Shown in pieces: positions 11,833 to 24,618 of a DNA stretch of 64,000 nucleotides; positions within the stretch are counted from its first letter, which is position 1, and every line of letters starts with the position of its first letter. The notes under the pieces are model-generated. The model was not told where the DNA came from. It did no database searches and worked only from the letters and a program-made list of their open reading frames with translations. Origin of the DNA: Malacoraja senta (Eukaryota); contig JAXLNO010000600.1 in NCBI GenBank assembly GCA_038087875.1, positions 372,001 through 436,000 on the forward strand, read 5' to 3'. The position numbers and the translations under genes are program-made.

Positions 11833-14484
11833 CACTGTCTGAAGAAGGGTCACGACCCGAAACATCACCCATTCCTTCTCTCCAGAGATGCTGCGTTGAG
11901 TTACTTCAGCTTTTTTTGTCTATTTTCAGTTTAAACCAGTATCCGCAGTTCCTTCCTCCACACATCTGATTAATTTTACTTATTGGATGTCTCGTTATCA
12001 CCTTCCCCTCAGCTAACAATGATTCTACATTTCCTTATGTTTAAGAAAGAACTGTAAATGCTGGAAAAATTGAAGGTAGACAAAAATGCCAGAGAAACTC
12101 AGCGGGTGAGGCAGCATCTATGGAGCGAAGGAATAGGTGACGTTTTGGGTCTCGACCCAAAACGTCACCTATTCCTTCACTCCATAGATGCTGCCTCACC
12201 CGCTGAGTTTCTCCGGCATTTTTGTCTACCTACATTTCCTTATCATCGTCTGCTTTGATCTTTCGTTTTCACACCTTACCCTTCCGTATCTCGAGTCTCC
12301 CACTCCCCTGACTCGCAGTCTGAAGAAGGGTCACAACCTGAAACGTCACCCATTCCTTCTCTCCAGAGATCCTGCCTATCGCGCAGAGTTACTCCAGCAT
12401 TTTGTGTCTAATCTAATGAGCAGGCAAGAATCCCTTAATGTGGATTCCATTCTTTGCACCATCTGCAGTGAGCTCCCAACAGACTGTAACTCAGTATGGA
12501 AATTGGAGAAATGGTGAGAAGCACCATGAATTGATCCCCTCACTGGGACAAACTGCGACAGTCTGTAAAATACATTGGGACGCAAGCCCAGAGAGGGTTT
12601 TTATTTTGTTTATTTCATTAATGTAATTGGTCGCTGTGGCAACCACGGGATGTTGTTTCAGAAGCAAATGTGTTCACCATCTGTCCTCCTGGTCTCTCAC
12701 AACCAGAGACAAGCATGGGTATTGTAATCATTGACTCCTACGCAGTTGATAACTGGTTGGAAGACTGCTATGTTCATCTTGGTAGTGTAGTACAGATAAT
12801 GTACTCAAGGTCATAAGTGATGGGAGTAGAATTAGGCCATTCGGCCCATAAGTCTACTCCGCCATTCAATCATGGCTGATCTATCCCTCCCTCCTAACCC
12901 CATTCTCCTGCCTTCTCTCCATAACCCCTGACACCCACACTAATCAAGAATCTATCTATCTCTGCCTTAAAAATATCCACTGACCTGTGGCCTCCACAGC
13001 CGTCTGTGGCATAGAATTCCACAGATTCACCACCCTCTGACTAAAAAAAATTCTCTTCATCTCCTTCCCAAGAGAACGTCCTTTAATTCTGCTACTTTAA
13101 TTTGTGCTACAGTCTCTGTAAGTAGTTACTGTACTTATCATTGAGGCGGCATCTGACCAAGTATAACACGGTGTAGCTAGGAGTGTAATGCTTCAACAGC
13201 ACCCAAGAAGTTTAACACCATTCCAGTCAAAGCACCCCCATTGATCACACTAAACATCCAGACCATCCACAACTCACCATTCTCTCAATAATTCCCTGCC
13301 CCTGAGGAACATCTGAGGTCAGGATCAATCACGGGTCTCTGGTGCGGTGAGGTAACAGTTTTATCAGCTGCGCCATTGTGCCGATCTCATAAACGTGCCA
13401 AAAATCATAAGTTCATATGTTCTAGGGGCAGGATTAGGCTATTCGTCCCGTCAAGTTTACTCCACCATTCAATCATGGCTGATCTATCGTTCACTATCAA
13501 CCCCATTTTCCTGCCTTCTCCCCATAACCACTGACACCCTTAATAATCAAGAATCTGTTTGTCCCTGCTGTAAAAATATCCATTGACGGCCTCCACAGTC
13601 GTCTGTGGCAATGAATTCCACAGATTCACCGTCCTCTGACTAAAGAAATTCCTCTTCATCTCCTCTCTAAAGGAACGTCCTTTTATTCTGAGGCTATGGC
13701 TTCTGGTCCTAGACTCTCCCACATGAGGGGAATAGATAGGGTGAATGCACAGTCTTTTTTTTGCAGGGTTGTGGAACAGAACATCTAGAGGCCATGTGTG
13801 TAAAGTGAGAGAAAAAATTCAATAGGAACCTGAGGGGCAACTTTTTCATTCAGACGGTGGTGGGTACATGGAACAAGCTGCTCTTAGAGGAAGTGGTTGA
13901 AGTAGATAAATAATCGTTTAGATAGGGGTAGACAAAAGTGCTGGAGAAACTCAGCGGGTGCAGCAGCATCTATGGAGCGAAGGAAATTGGCAACATTTCG
14001 GGCCGAAACGTTACCTATTTCCTTCGTTCCATAGATGCTGCTGCACCCGCTGAGTTTCTCCAGCACTTTTGTCTACCTTCGATTTTCCAGCATCTGCACT
14101 TCCTTCTTAAACATTTAGATAGGGGTATTGACCAAACACGGGCAAATGGGTTGAACTAAGATGAGGCACCTTGGTCACATAGACAAGTTGGACCATGCTT
14201 TATGACTGTATCACTCACTGTAGAGTGGCAAGGTCGTCTCCATTGACAGAGGTATTTTTCAGTTGAAATGATAAACTAAGTTGAAGTGAAGATTTTGTGG
14301 TGTTATTTGATAAACAGGAGTGTTCTTGGTTCCGGGCCTAGATTTACCTCTCTTACTATCATAGCTGTTTTTCCTGGTCATTTATCTCATTGCCCTTTGC
14401 GGAAGTTTTCCGTGTGGTAATTAGCTGCTTTTTCACCTTGCAACATTACTGCATTCCCAGAAATATTGGTTCTAAAGTGCTTAA

Positions 14485-14711
14485 AGGGCCTGTCCCATTT
14501 TCACGACCTAGTTCACGACCTCTGCCGAGTTTGCCCTTGACTCGTACTCGCAGCATGGTCGTAGGAGGTCGTAGGTAGGTCGTAGCAGGCCGTGATGCTA
14601 GTCGTAGGTACTCGTGGCATCAAGTAGGTCGAGGCGTTTCTTCTAGCCTGATGAAAAATGTACACAAGTAAAAAAGGTCGTGAATTGGGTCGTGAAAGTG
14701 GGACAGGCCCT
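14485..14711. mobile_element. PIF/Harbinger-type MITE
   Basis: TAA|AGGGCCTGTCCCA ... TGGGACAGGCCCT|TAA: TIRs with a 3-bp TAA TSD. Confidence 0.88.
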
Positions 14712-14987
14712 TAAGTATGTCTTAACGGTCCCGCAACTGTGTCTTTCTTTCTTGGTGATTCTCTTCTATATGGTACAGCTACTTATTGTGGTAAACAGAT
14801 GCATGACAGGAGCTTGTCATTGCAACAATTAGAATGGCTTAACTCAAGCTTGAGGGCATCAAACCCTCTCACAAAAGGTTGACCATCTTGGTAGCTGGTA
14901 CATTTAGGGACTTGTGTGAGATAATTATTGTGTTATATAGAAGTGTGAAAACGCACACCTCCAGATTCAGGGACAGTTTCTTCCTAA

Positions 14988-15299
14988 AGAGCCTGTCCCA
15001 CTTGCGCGACTTTTTCGGCGACTGCCGGCACCCGTCATAGGTCGTTACAGCATAGGTCAACATGTTGAAAATCTAGTGGCGACCAGAACAAGGTACAACT
15101 CTTTGGGCCTACTCACAACCATACAGGCTTCACAACCATACAGGGTGTCGCCTGTATGGTCGTGAGTAGTCTCCTAGTCACCCAAAGAGTCGTAGCGTCT
15201 TTCTGGTCGCCGCTGGATTTTCAACATGTTGAAAAATTTCGGCAACCTATGACGGATGCCGGCAGTCGCCGAGAAAGTCGTGTAAGTGGGACAGGCCCT
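14988..15299. mobile_element. PIF/Harbinger-type MITE inserted in a Rex1/Babar 3' fragment (about 14940-15560)
   Basis: TAA|AGAGCCTGTCCCACTT ... AAGTGGGACAGGCCCT|TAA; internally palindromic. Confidence 0.88.
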
Positions 15300-15618
15300 T
15301 AACTGTCATCACGCAACTGAATCATCCTACTGCAACTAGAGAGCAGTCCTGAACCATTATCCACCTTATTCCTGACCCTCGGACTATCTTTGATTGGACT
15401 TTACTGCCTTTACCTTACACTAAACATATTTCCTTATTATATTATCTATACACTGTAAACGGCTCAATTGTAATCATGTATTGTCTTTCCGCTGACTGGT
15501 TAGCACGCAACAAAGGTTTTCACTGTACCTCAGTACACGTGACAATAAACTGAACTGAATTACATGGATCTTTGAGATTTTGCAACGGATTAATTGTCTT
15601 TCTTTTAACATCCTCCAG

Positions 15619-15682
15619 GATGATCCAGACTTCATTCATAGACATGGAGAATATGTTTGATCTATTCAAAGAGAATCAGGAG
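15619..15682 (+). CDS. ABCB6: ABCB6 coding exon (64 nt), (R)MIQTSFIDMENMFDLFKENQE
   Basis: tcctcCAG acceptor, GTGAGT donor; completes the split Arg codon AG|G; FIDMENMFDL motif. Confidence 0.96.
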
Positions 15683-16388
15683 GTGAGTCGTTTGATTTCT
15701 TTTCCATCTTAAATTAATCAGATTTTAAGAGGTAACACAAATACCTGACCTTCAAGGCATTTCCAATATTTTCTACATTTGTTTTAGATTTTCTGCATTT
15801 GCATTTTTTAAATATTTCTAATTTGAATCAAGAGTGTATTATTGTCATATGCACCAAAACAGAACAATGAAATTCTTACTTTCAGCAACACAACAGATTT
15901 GTACTCAATAGATAATATAATGAAAAAAAGAAATTCAATAAATAAAAAACTTAACATAAGTAAAGAAGGGTCTCGACCCGAAACGTCATCCATTCCTTCT
16001 CTCCAGAGATGCTGCCTGTCCCGCTGAGTTACTTGAGCATTTTGTGTTACTCCAGCATGCTGAGTTACTCCAGCATGAGGTCCCCTAAGCAGGGGTCCTC
16101 ATTGAAACGTACAGAATTGTGAAAGGCTTGGAAAGAGTGGATGTGGAGAGGATGTTTCCACTAGTGGGAGAGTCGAGGACTAGAGGTCATAGCATCAGAA
16201 TTAAAGGACTTTCTTTTAGGAAGGAGATGAGGAGAAATTTATTTAGTCAGAGGGTGGTGAATCTGTGGAATTATTTGCCACAGACGGCTGTGGAGGCCAC
16301 AAGTCAGTGGATATTTTTAAGGCAGAGATAGATTCTTGATTAGTACGGGTGTCGGGGGTTACGGTGAGAAGCCAGGAGAATAGCGTTA

Positions 16389-16599
16389 AGGGTTGAACAC
16401 TGTACGAGGTAATTCAAGAGCTCTCCCGAGTTTTAAAAAAAAACAACTCGTGGTAAGCACGTAGAATGTACGTAGCGGGTACGTCATGTTGAAAAATGTC
16501 CACGAGAGCCCCGAGTATCTACGAGCGGCTATTACCGTAATTCTCCGAGTTCGAATCAGGGGAAACTGGGGAGAACTCTTGAACAGTGGGACAGGCCCT
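16389..16599. mobile_element. Harbinger-type MITE, internally deleted, with a damaged left TIR
   Basis: Body similar to 55280-55586; right end GTGGGACAGGCCCT|TTA. Confidence 0.75.
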
Positions 16600-17504
16600 T
16601 TAGGAGGGAGAGATAGATCAGTCATGATTGAATGGCAGAGTGGACTTGATGGGCCGAATGGCCTAATTGTACTATTACTTGATCTATGACCTTATAATGC
16701 AAAAAAATACAGACAGACTTGAGTCCTTAGTGCAACCAAGGCAGTTCATAGTTTGGAGATTAGTTGGAGATCATAGTGTTCAAGAGTCTGATGGTCGCTG
16801 TGAAGAAGCTGTTCCTGATCTTGGACATTTAGCTTCAATTTATGTGAATGTGGAGTAGACTTGATGGGCCGAATGGCCTAAATCTACTGCTATTCCTCAT
16901 GACCTTATTACCTTATGGAACATTGTGTGTGATCTCCAGGATATAATTAAATCTTTCTATGAAAGACATGTAGAGCAGTGATGCCACTAATCGGTTGGTG
17001 TCTTCCACTGAACCACTAAGTTCTGCTGGAGCAAAGTATCAGGATGTGGACATTTTCAAATGGCGTAATCACTGATTTCTTCACTTGGTTTAATTTGTTA
17101 AGTAGTATTGGTTAGGGTTGCATTATTTGCATTATTGTTGCATTATTTGGAGCCAATTCACATGCACAACTATTCGCCATGTCCCCGAATACAAATACAT
17201 TTAGAGCACGTGTCGAAAGGAACTGCAAATGCTGGTTTATACCAGATAGATACAAAGTTCAGGAGCAACTCCGGGTCAGGCAGCATCTCTGGAGAAAAAG
17301 TATGGGTGACGTTTCGGATCAGGACCTTTCTTCAGCGTCTGAAAAAGGCTCCCGACCCGAAACGTTATCCATCCTTTTTCTCCAGAGATGTTGCCTGACC
17401 CACTGAGTTACTCCAGCACTTCGTGTCTATCTTAAATTTAGAGCATTCTTTGCTGCTCATTTTGACCCAGTCTGTGGTGAGAAACTTAAAATAATTGAGC
17501 CATA

Positions 17505-17927
17505 GTCAATAGACAATAGGTGCAGGAGTAGGCCATTCGGACCTTCGAGCCATTCAATGTGATCATGGCTGATCATCTACAATCAGTACCCGTTCCTGCC
17601 TTTTCCCCTTATCCCATGACTAGGCTATCTTTAAGAGCCCTATCTAGCTCTCTCTTGAAAGTATCCAGAGAACCGACCTCCACCACCCTCTGAGGCAGAG
17701 AATTCCACAGACTCACAACTCTCTGTGTGAAAAAGTGTTTCATCGTCTCCGTTCTAAATGGCTTACTCCTTATTCTTAAACTGTGGCCCCTGGTTCTGGA
17801 CTCTTCCAACATCGGAAACATGTTTCCTGCCTCTAGCGTGTCCAAACCCTTAATAATCTTATATGTTTCAATAAGATTCCCTCTCATCCTTCTAAATTCC
17901 AGCGTATACAAGCCCAGCCGCTCCATT
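17505..17927 (-). mobile_element. CR1 LINE 3' fragment
   Basis: ORF 17609..17926. Confidence 0.9.
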
Positions 17928-18029
17928 CATAGTCATAACCATATAACCATATAACAATTACAGAATGGAAACAGGCCATCTCGGCCCTTCAAGTCCATGC
18001 CGAACACTTTTCCTCCACTAGTCCCATCT

Positions 18030-20896
18030 ACCTGCACTCAGACCATAACCCTCCATTCCTTTCTCGTCCATATACCCATCCAATCTATTTTTAAATGATA
18101 AAATCGAACCTGCACCACTTCCACTGGAAGCTCATTCCACACAGCTACCACTCTCTGAGTAAAGAAGTTCCCCCAAATGTTACCCCTAAACTTCTGTCCC
18201 TTAATTCTCAAGTCATGTCCTCTTGTTTAAATCTTCCCCACTCTCAATGGGAAAAGCTTATCCACGTCAACTCTGTCTATCCCTCTCATCATTTTAAAGA
18301 CCTCTATCAAGTCCTTCTGCGCTCCAAAGAATAAAGACCTAACTTGTTCAGCCTTTCTCTGTAATTTAGTTGCTGAAACCCAGGCAACATTCTCGTAAAT
18401 CTCCTCTGTACTCTCTCTATTTTGTTGACATCCTTCCTATAATTAGGCGACCAAAATTGTACTCCATACTCCAGAATTGGCCTCACCAATGCCTTGTACA
18501 ATTTTAACATTACATCCCAACTTCTATACTCAATACTCTGATTTATAAAGGCCAGCACACCAAAAGCTTTCTTTACCACCCTATCTACATGAGATTCCAC
18601 CTTCAGGGAACTATGCACAGTTATTCCTAGATCCCTCTGTTCAACTGCATTCCTCAATTCGCTACCATTTACCATGTACGTCCTATTTTGATTTGTCCTG
18701 CCAAGATGTAGCACCTCACATTTATCAGCATTAAACTCCATCTGCCATCTTTCAGCCCACTCTTCCAAATGGCCTAAATCACTCTGTAGACTTTGAAAAT
18801 CTACTTCATTATCCACAACACCACCTATCTTAGTATCATCTGCATACTTACTAATCTAATTTTCCACACCATCATCCAGATCATTGATGTACATGACAAA
18901 CAACAGTGGACCCAACACAGACCCCTGAGGCACCCCACTAGTCACCGGCCTCCAACCTGACAAACAGCCATCCACCATTACTCTCTGGCATCTCCCATTC
19001 AGCCACTGTTGAATCCATCTTGCTACTCCACCATTAATACCCAACAATTGAATCTTCTTAACCAACCTTCCATGAGGAACCTTGTCAAAGGCCTTACTGA
19101 AGTCCATGTAGACAACATCCACTGTTTTACCCTCATCAATTTCCCTAGTAACCTCTTCGAAAAATTTAAGAAGATTAGTCAAACATGACCTTCCAGGCAC
19201 AAATCCATGTTGACTGTTCTTAATCAGACCCTGTTTATCCAGATGCTTATATATATTATCTTTAAGTATCTTTTCCATTAATTTGCCCACCACTGACGTC
19301 AAACTAACAGGTCTATAATTGCAAGGTTTACTCTTAGAACCCTTTTTAAACAATGGAACAACATGCGCAGTACGCCAATCCTCCGGCACTATTCCCGTTT
19401 CTAATGACATTTGAAATATTTCTGTCATAGCCCCTGCTATTTCTACACTAACTTCCCTCAATGTCCTAGGGAATATCCTGTCAGGACCTGGAGACTTATC
19501 CGTTTTCATATTTTTCAAAAGTGTCCACACTTCCTCTTCTTTGAATCTCATAGTTTCCATTGCTACTCTGCTCGATTCCCTTACCTCACATAATTCAATA
19601 TCCTTCTCCTTGGTGAATACCGAAGAAAAGAAATTGTTCAATATCTCCCCCATCTCTTTTGGCTCTGCAGATAGCTGTCCACCCTGACTCTCTAATGGAC
19701 CAATTTTATTCCTTGTTATCCTTTTGCTATTAATATAGTTGTAGAAACCCTTTGGGTTTACTTTCACCTTACTTGCCAAAGCAACCTCATATCTTCTTTT
19801 AGCTTTTCTAATTTCTTTCTTAATATACTTTTTACATTCTTTATACTCCTGCAGCACCTCAATTACTCCATGCCACCTATAATTATTGTAGATCTCTCTC
19901 TTTATCCGAACCAAGTGTCCAATTTCCCTTGAAAACCATGGCTCTTTCCAATTTTTACTATTTCCTTTTAACCGAACAGGGACATAAAGATTCTGTACTC
20001 TTAAAATGTCACCTTTAAATGTCCTCCATTTCTCTTCTACATCCTTCCCATAAAACAACATGTCCCAATTCACTCCTTTTAAATCCTTTCGCATCTCCTC
20101 AAAGTTAGCCTTTCTCCAGTCAAAAATCTCAACCTTAGGTCCAGTTCTGACCCTCTCCATAATTATATTGAAACTAATGGTATTGTGATCACTGGACCCA
20201 AAGTGCTCCCCAACGCATACCTCCGCCACCTGCCCTGTCTCATTTCCTAACAGGAGGTCCAGCACTGCCCCTTCTCTTGTAGGTACCTCTATGTATTGCT
20301 GCAAAAAACTATCCTGCACACATTTTACAAACTCCAAACCATCCAGCCCTTTTACAGAATGTGTTTCCCAGTCTATGTGTGGAAAATTGAAATCTCCCAC
20401 AATCATTACCTTGTGCTTACTACTAATATCTGCTATCTCCTTACATATTTGCTCTTCCAATTCTCGCTCTCCTATAATACACCCCTATAAGTGTTGCTAC
20501 CCCTTTCTCATTTCTACGTTCCACCCAAATAGCCTCCCTAGACGAGCCCTCTAATCTATCCTGCCAAAGCACTGCTGTAATATCTTCCTTGACAAGCAAT
20601 GCAACACCCCCACCTCTTGCCCCTCCAACTCTATCACACCTAAAGCAACGAAATCCTGGAATATTTAGTTTCCACTCACAGCCCTCCTGCAACCATGTTT
20701 CACTGATCGCCACAACATCATACTTCCAGGTGTCAATCCAGGCTTTAAGCTCATCCACCTTTCTTACAATGCTCCTAGCATTTAAATATACACATTTAAG
20801 AAATCCACCACCACTTATTCTCTGTTTATTATCTTTTTCTTCTTTCTCCCCTACATTTTGGGTCCGAGTGCTTCCCTTCTCTGCCTCCTGCCTCAC
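18030..20896 (-). pseudogene. CR1 ORF2 (endonuclease-reverse transcriptase), inactivated
   Basis: Frameshift near 20460, in-frame TAG at 18856-18858 where the sister copy has Trp (W-ISKY), and a further break near 18310. Confidence 0.9.
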
Positions 20897-20942
20897 ACCC
20901 TGACTACTAGCTTTTCCTATTCGAGTCCCTCCCCCAACCGTT

Positions 20943-21878
20943 CTAGTTTAAAGTCTCCCCAGTTGCCTTTGCAAATCTCCCCACCAGGATATTGGTCCCC
21001 CTCGGGTTCAAGTGCAACCCGTCCTTTTTGTACAGGTCACACCTTCCCCAAAAGAGGTCCCAATGATCCAGAAACTTGAATCCCTGCCCACTGCACCAGT
21101 CCCTCAGCCACGCATTTATCCTCCACCTCATTCCATTCCTACTCTCACTGTCTCGTGGCACAGGTAGTAATCCTGAGATTGTTATATTTTTGGTCCTTCT
21201 CCTTAACTCTCCTCCCAACTCCCTAAATTCTCCTTTCAGGACCTCTTCTCTCTTTCTACGTATGTCATTGGTACCTCTATGTACCACGACCTTAGGCTCC
21301 TCTCCCTCCGATTTCAGGATATCTTGGATGCGTTCAGACACATCCCTGACCCTGGCACCAGGGAGGCAAACTACCATCCGGGTCTCCTGACTGCGTCCAC
21401 AGAATCGCCTATCTGACCCCCTAACTATAGAGTCCCCTATTACTATTGCCCTCCTCTTCTTTTCCCTACCCTTTTGAGCAACAGGGCCGGTCTCTGTGCC
21501 GGAGGCCCGGCCGCTGTCGCTACCCCCAGGTAGGCTGTCCCACCCAACCGTACTCAAACATGAGTACTTATTTTCAAGGTGTACAGCCACCGGGGTACTC
21601 ACTAGTCCTTGCCTCTGCCACTTGCCCTTCCTAACAGTGACCCACTTGTGTGCCTCCCGTGGTCTTGGAGTGACCACCTCCCTATAACTCCTTTCTATAA
21701 CCTCCTCACTCTCCCTGATCAGACAGAGGTCATCGAGCTGCTGCACCAGGTTCCTAACACGGTCCCTTAGGAGCCCCATCTGGACACACCTGGCGCAGAT
21801 GTGGACGTCTGGAGGGGTATCAGACTCCATGACCTCCCACGTCTGACATCCAGAACAGTAAACTGCCCTGGCCCTCAT
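20943..21878 (-). CDS. CR1 ORF1 protein: CxxC..CxxC zinc finger/coiled coil plus SGNH esterase domain
   Basis: CSGC...CARC, LRDRVRNLVQQLDDL, IVIGDSIVRG, GTND, DGLHLN; open 311-aa frame. Confidence 0.9.
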   Translation of the reverse strand: MRARAVYCSGCQTWEVMESDTPPDVHICARCVQMGLLRDRVRNLVQQLDDLCLIRESEEVIERSYREVVTPRPREAHKWVTVRKGKWQRQGLVSTPVAVHLENKYSCLSTVGWDSLPGGSDSGRASGTETGPVAQKGREKKRRAIVIGDSIVRGSDRRFCGRSQETRMVVCLPGARVRDVSERIQDILKSEGEEPKVVVHRGTNDIRRKREEVLKGEFRELGGELRRRTKNITISGLLPVPRDSESRNGMRWRINAWLRDWCSGQGFKFLDHWDLFWGRCDLYKKDGLHLNPRGTNILVGRFAKATGETLN

Positions 21879-22029
21879 TCTCCCCTTCTGTACCTAGGAT
21901 AATATACAAAGCCTTACCCTGGGTACAAGCCAATCAGCGGCTTCCCCTAGTCCATTTCCACCAATCAGTGGCTTCCTCAAGCCCACTTAATTTGAAGTGT
22001 GAACTGCGGATGGAACGTTGCAGAGTTTG

Positions 22030-22300
22030 GCTCCTCCCTCTGTAACGGCTCCTGGGCCTCTGCTGAAACAAGCCCCGCGATGGGTTTTTGAACCTACCGC
22101 CCGGACGTCGCTCCTCCCTCTGTAACGGCTCCTGGGCCTCTGCTGAAACAAGTCCCGCGATGGGTTTTTGAACCTACCGCCCGGACGTCGCTCCTCCCTC
22201 TGTAACAGCTCCTGGGCCTCTGCTGAAACAAGCCCCGCGATGGGTTTTTGAACCTACCGCCCGGACGTCGCTCCTCCCTCTGTAACGGCTCCTGGGCCTC
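22030..22300. repeat. 80-bp tandem repeat, about 3.4 copies, forming the 5' end of the CR1
   Basis: ctcctccctctgtaac recurs at 22031, 22111, 22191 and 22271 with near-identical units. Confidence 0.97.
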
Positions 22301-22610
22301 TCGTCATAGAGTTGTACAGCATGGAAACAGGCCCTTCGGCCCAACTTGCCTATGCCGACCATAATGCCCCATCTACATTAGTCCCCCCTACTGACGTTTG
22401 GCCCATAACCCTTTAAACATTTTCTATCCATGTACCTCACCGAATGTCTTTTACATTGCTATAAGAGGTGAGAATTCTGCGCAACAGAAACCATCCATTT
22501 GGCTAAGTTGGAGAAAGCATGGATGTAGGTGGACAGGAGAGAGCAACAGATATGGAGAATAATATTTCAAGAGAACTGTAAATTGAAAATGATTACTAAA
22601 TATCTTGCAG

Positions 22611-22696
22611 ATTGCTGATGACGTCAATGCAGGAAATCTCAACTTCAACGTCGGGAAGGTGGAATTCAACGAAGTTTACTTCAGCTACGTCGATGG
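22611..22696 (+). CDS. ABCB6: ABCB6 coding exon (86 nt), IADDVNAGNLNFNVGKVEFNEVYFSYVD(G), start of the nucleotide-binding domain
   Basis: tcttgCAG acceptor, GTATGT donor; GxVEFxxVxFSY motif; phases compatible with neighbouring exons. Confidence 0.93.
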
Positions 22697-23661
22697 GTAT
22701 GTACATTAATCATGTGAATGAAGACAAGGAGTCACAAGTGCTCAAAAACAGCATCAAAAATAGTCTGCAAATGTTAATGCAATGTTAGTCTATACGCTAA
22801 GTGGCCTGGAATACAATGGGGGTGAAATTACACCTCAACTATTTAAAAGCTTGGTCAGACCACATCTGAAGTCAATTCCTTCATATTCCAAGAAGCACTG
22901 CATGGAAACAGACCCTTCAGCCCATCTTGCCCATGCCAATCAAATTAACATTCCAGGCATGTCCCGTTTTCTTTCACTTGCTACTTGCCCTCTAAACCCT
23001 TTCTATCCATAGTTCTGTCCAAATATATTTTAAAAGTCATAATTGTATTGATTGGCAGCTCATTCCAGATCCGGACATGATAAAAATGCTGGAGAAACTC
23101 AGCGGGTGAGGCAGCATCTATGGAGCGAAGGAAATAGGCAACGTTTCGGGCCGAAACTCTTCTTCAGACTGATGTGAGGTTGGGACTGGGTGTCCCTGAG
23201 GTCACTCTTATATCTCTCCCCTCTCACCTTAACCCTATGCCCTATGGTTTTAGAATTCTCTACCCTGGGAAAAAGACTGCGAGCGTTCACTTTATCCATG
23301 CCCCTCATGAGGTACACCTCAATAAGGTCACCCCCAGCCCCCTACGCTCCAAAGAAACATATCCTATCTGTCCCTATAACATCTTCTTATCAAGTCCACA
23401 TCACAAGATTAGCAATTGTTCAGCCTGAGCTGAACACACTTCTCGGCGTCTGCATACAGTTGCGTCTTGTGCTTCTTGTGCATGGTGGTGGAAACTGGGC
23501 CGTGACATGAACGCTCTTTCATTGACCCCTCCCTACAACTCAACCCCAGGTAACATCCTGATGAATCTCTTTCTATCGTTTGCAACTCAATGACCTTCCT
23601 ATAGCTGGGTGACCAGAACACGGTGATCTCACCAACTATACGTAGTAATATTTATAATAAA

Positions 23662-23762
23662 CTTGGATGTATATTCCATTGACTAATGTAATATACCCAG
23701 TTGAGGTATTTAAAATGCCACAACTGGGTATATTCCATTAGTCAATGGAATATACATCCAAG
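23662..23762. repeat. ~100-bp near-perfect palindrome
   Basis: 42-nt arms are reverse complements with one mismatch. Confidence 0.92.
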
Positions 23763-24299
23763 ATACATCCAAGATATACATAAAAAGATTTGATCTTTGG
23801 GTGGTGAATCTGTGGAACTCATTGCCACAGAAGGCTGTGGAGGTCAAGTCAATGGATATTTTTAAGGCAGAGATAGACCCAGAATGAAACCGACAAGCAC
23901 TTTTTCCACATTAAAAAGTAATGGAAACCTGGAACTCTGCTCCAGAAGAGGAGGCAAATCACATTGGTCAATAGACCCTTTCAAGACTGAGATTTATAAA
24001 GGTTATTTTCTCAGTAAAGTAGATCAAAGGAGATGGAGCAGCAGGTGCAGATGAACAATGGCCCAATTAAATGGCAGCTGTGGGTAACCAACTCCTGGTC
24101 CTAATATTTTAAATCACAGCAGTATCTTCTGACATGGCAAATGTAATTCTTTTTACTTTGCCTTTCTTTTCCCTTCCTCAAACTACAGAGTCCAGACATG
24201 ATCTGGTTTTGCTTTTGGAGCCTGCTCCAATGTCCTTCTGGTGGTAACACCAGAATTGATGAGCATTGAACTATAGCTTGGAATTGGATATTTATATGT

Positions 24300-24618
24300 T
24301 GTAGGCCTGCGGCGGTTGTGGGCCGCGGTCTCCGGTAGGAAAGTACCGATTCAGGAACTTCAAGCAGCGGAGCCTGTACATCGGGCTGTCTATAGCGGCG
24401 ACTACAGAGGGTTTATGGCCCCAACCATGGGTGAACAAAGGAGGAGGACTGGCTGAACTTTGTTGCCTTCCACCACAGTGAAGAATGCTGTGGTGGATGT
24501 TTGTGTTAAATGTTATTGTGTATTGTGTGTTCTTTTTAAGTGTATCGCTGCTGGCAAATTCATTTCACTGCACCTTCGGGTGTATGTGACGAATAAAAGT
24601 GACTTTGACTTTGACTTT
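24300..24618 (+). mobile_element. Non-autonomous retroelement 3' fragment with Rex1/L2-like end and (GACTTT)n tail
   Basis: Shares TTGCCTTCCA(C/T)CACAGTGA..TGTGGTGGATGTT and end structure with 61007-61761. Confidence 0.65.

Larger units (their letters stand above)
17936..22302 (-). mobile_element. Near-full-length CR1 LINE (~4.4 kb): 5' tandem repeats, ORF1, disrupted ORF2, (TTATATGG)n tail
   Basis: ORF1 20943..21878; ORF2 APE (LNARSI, SETWL, GDFN, SDH) and RT ([27 protein letters not shown]); 8-bp tail repeat; gtcata on both flanks. Confidence 0.95.

Noticed and set aside
22030..22300. Regularly spaced repeats as a possible CRISPR array
   Set aside because: Units are contiguous with no unique spacers, there are no cas genes, and the context is a vertebrate LINE 5' end.
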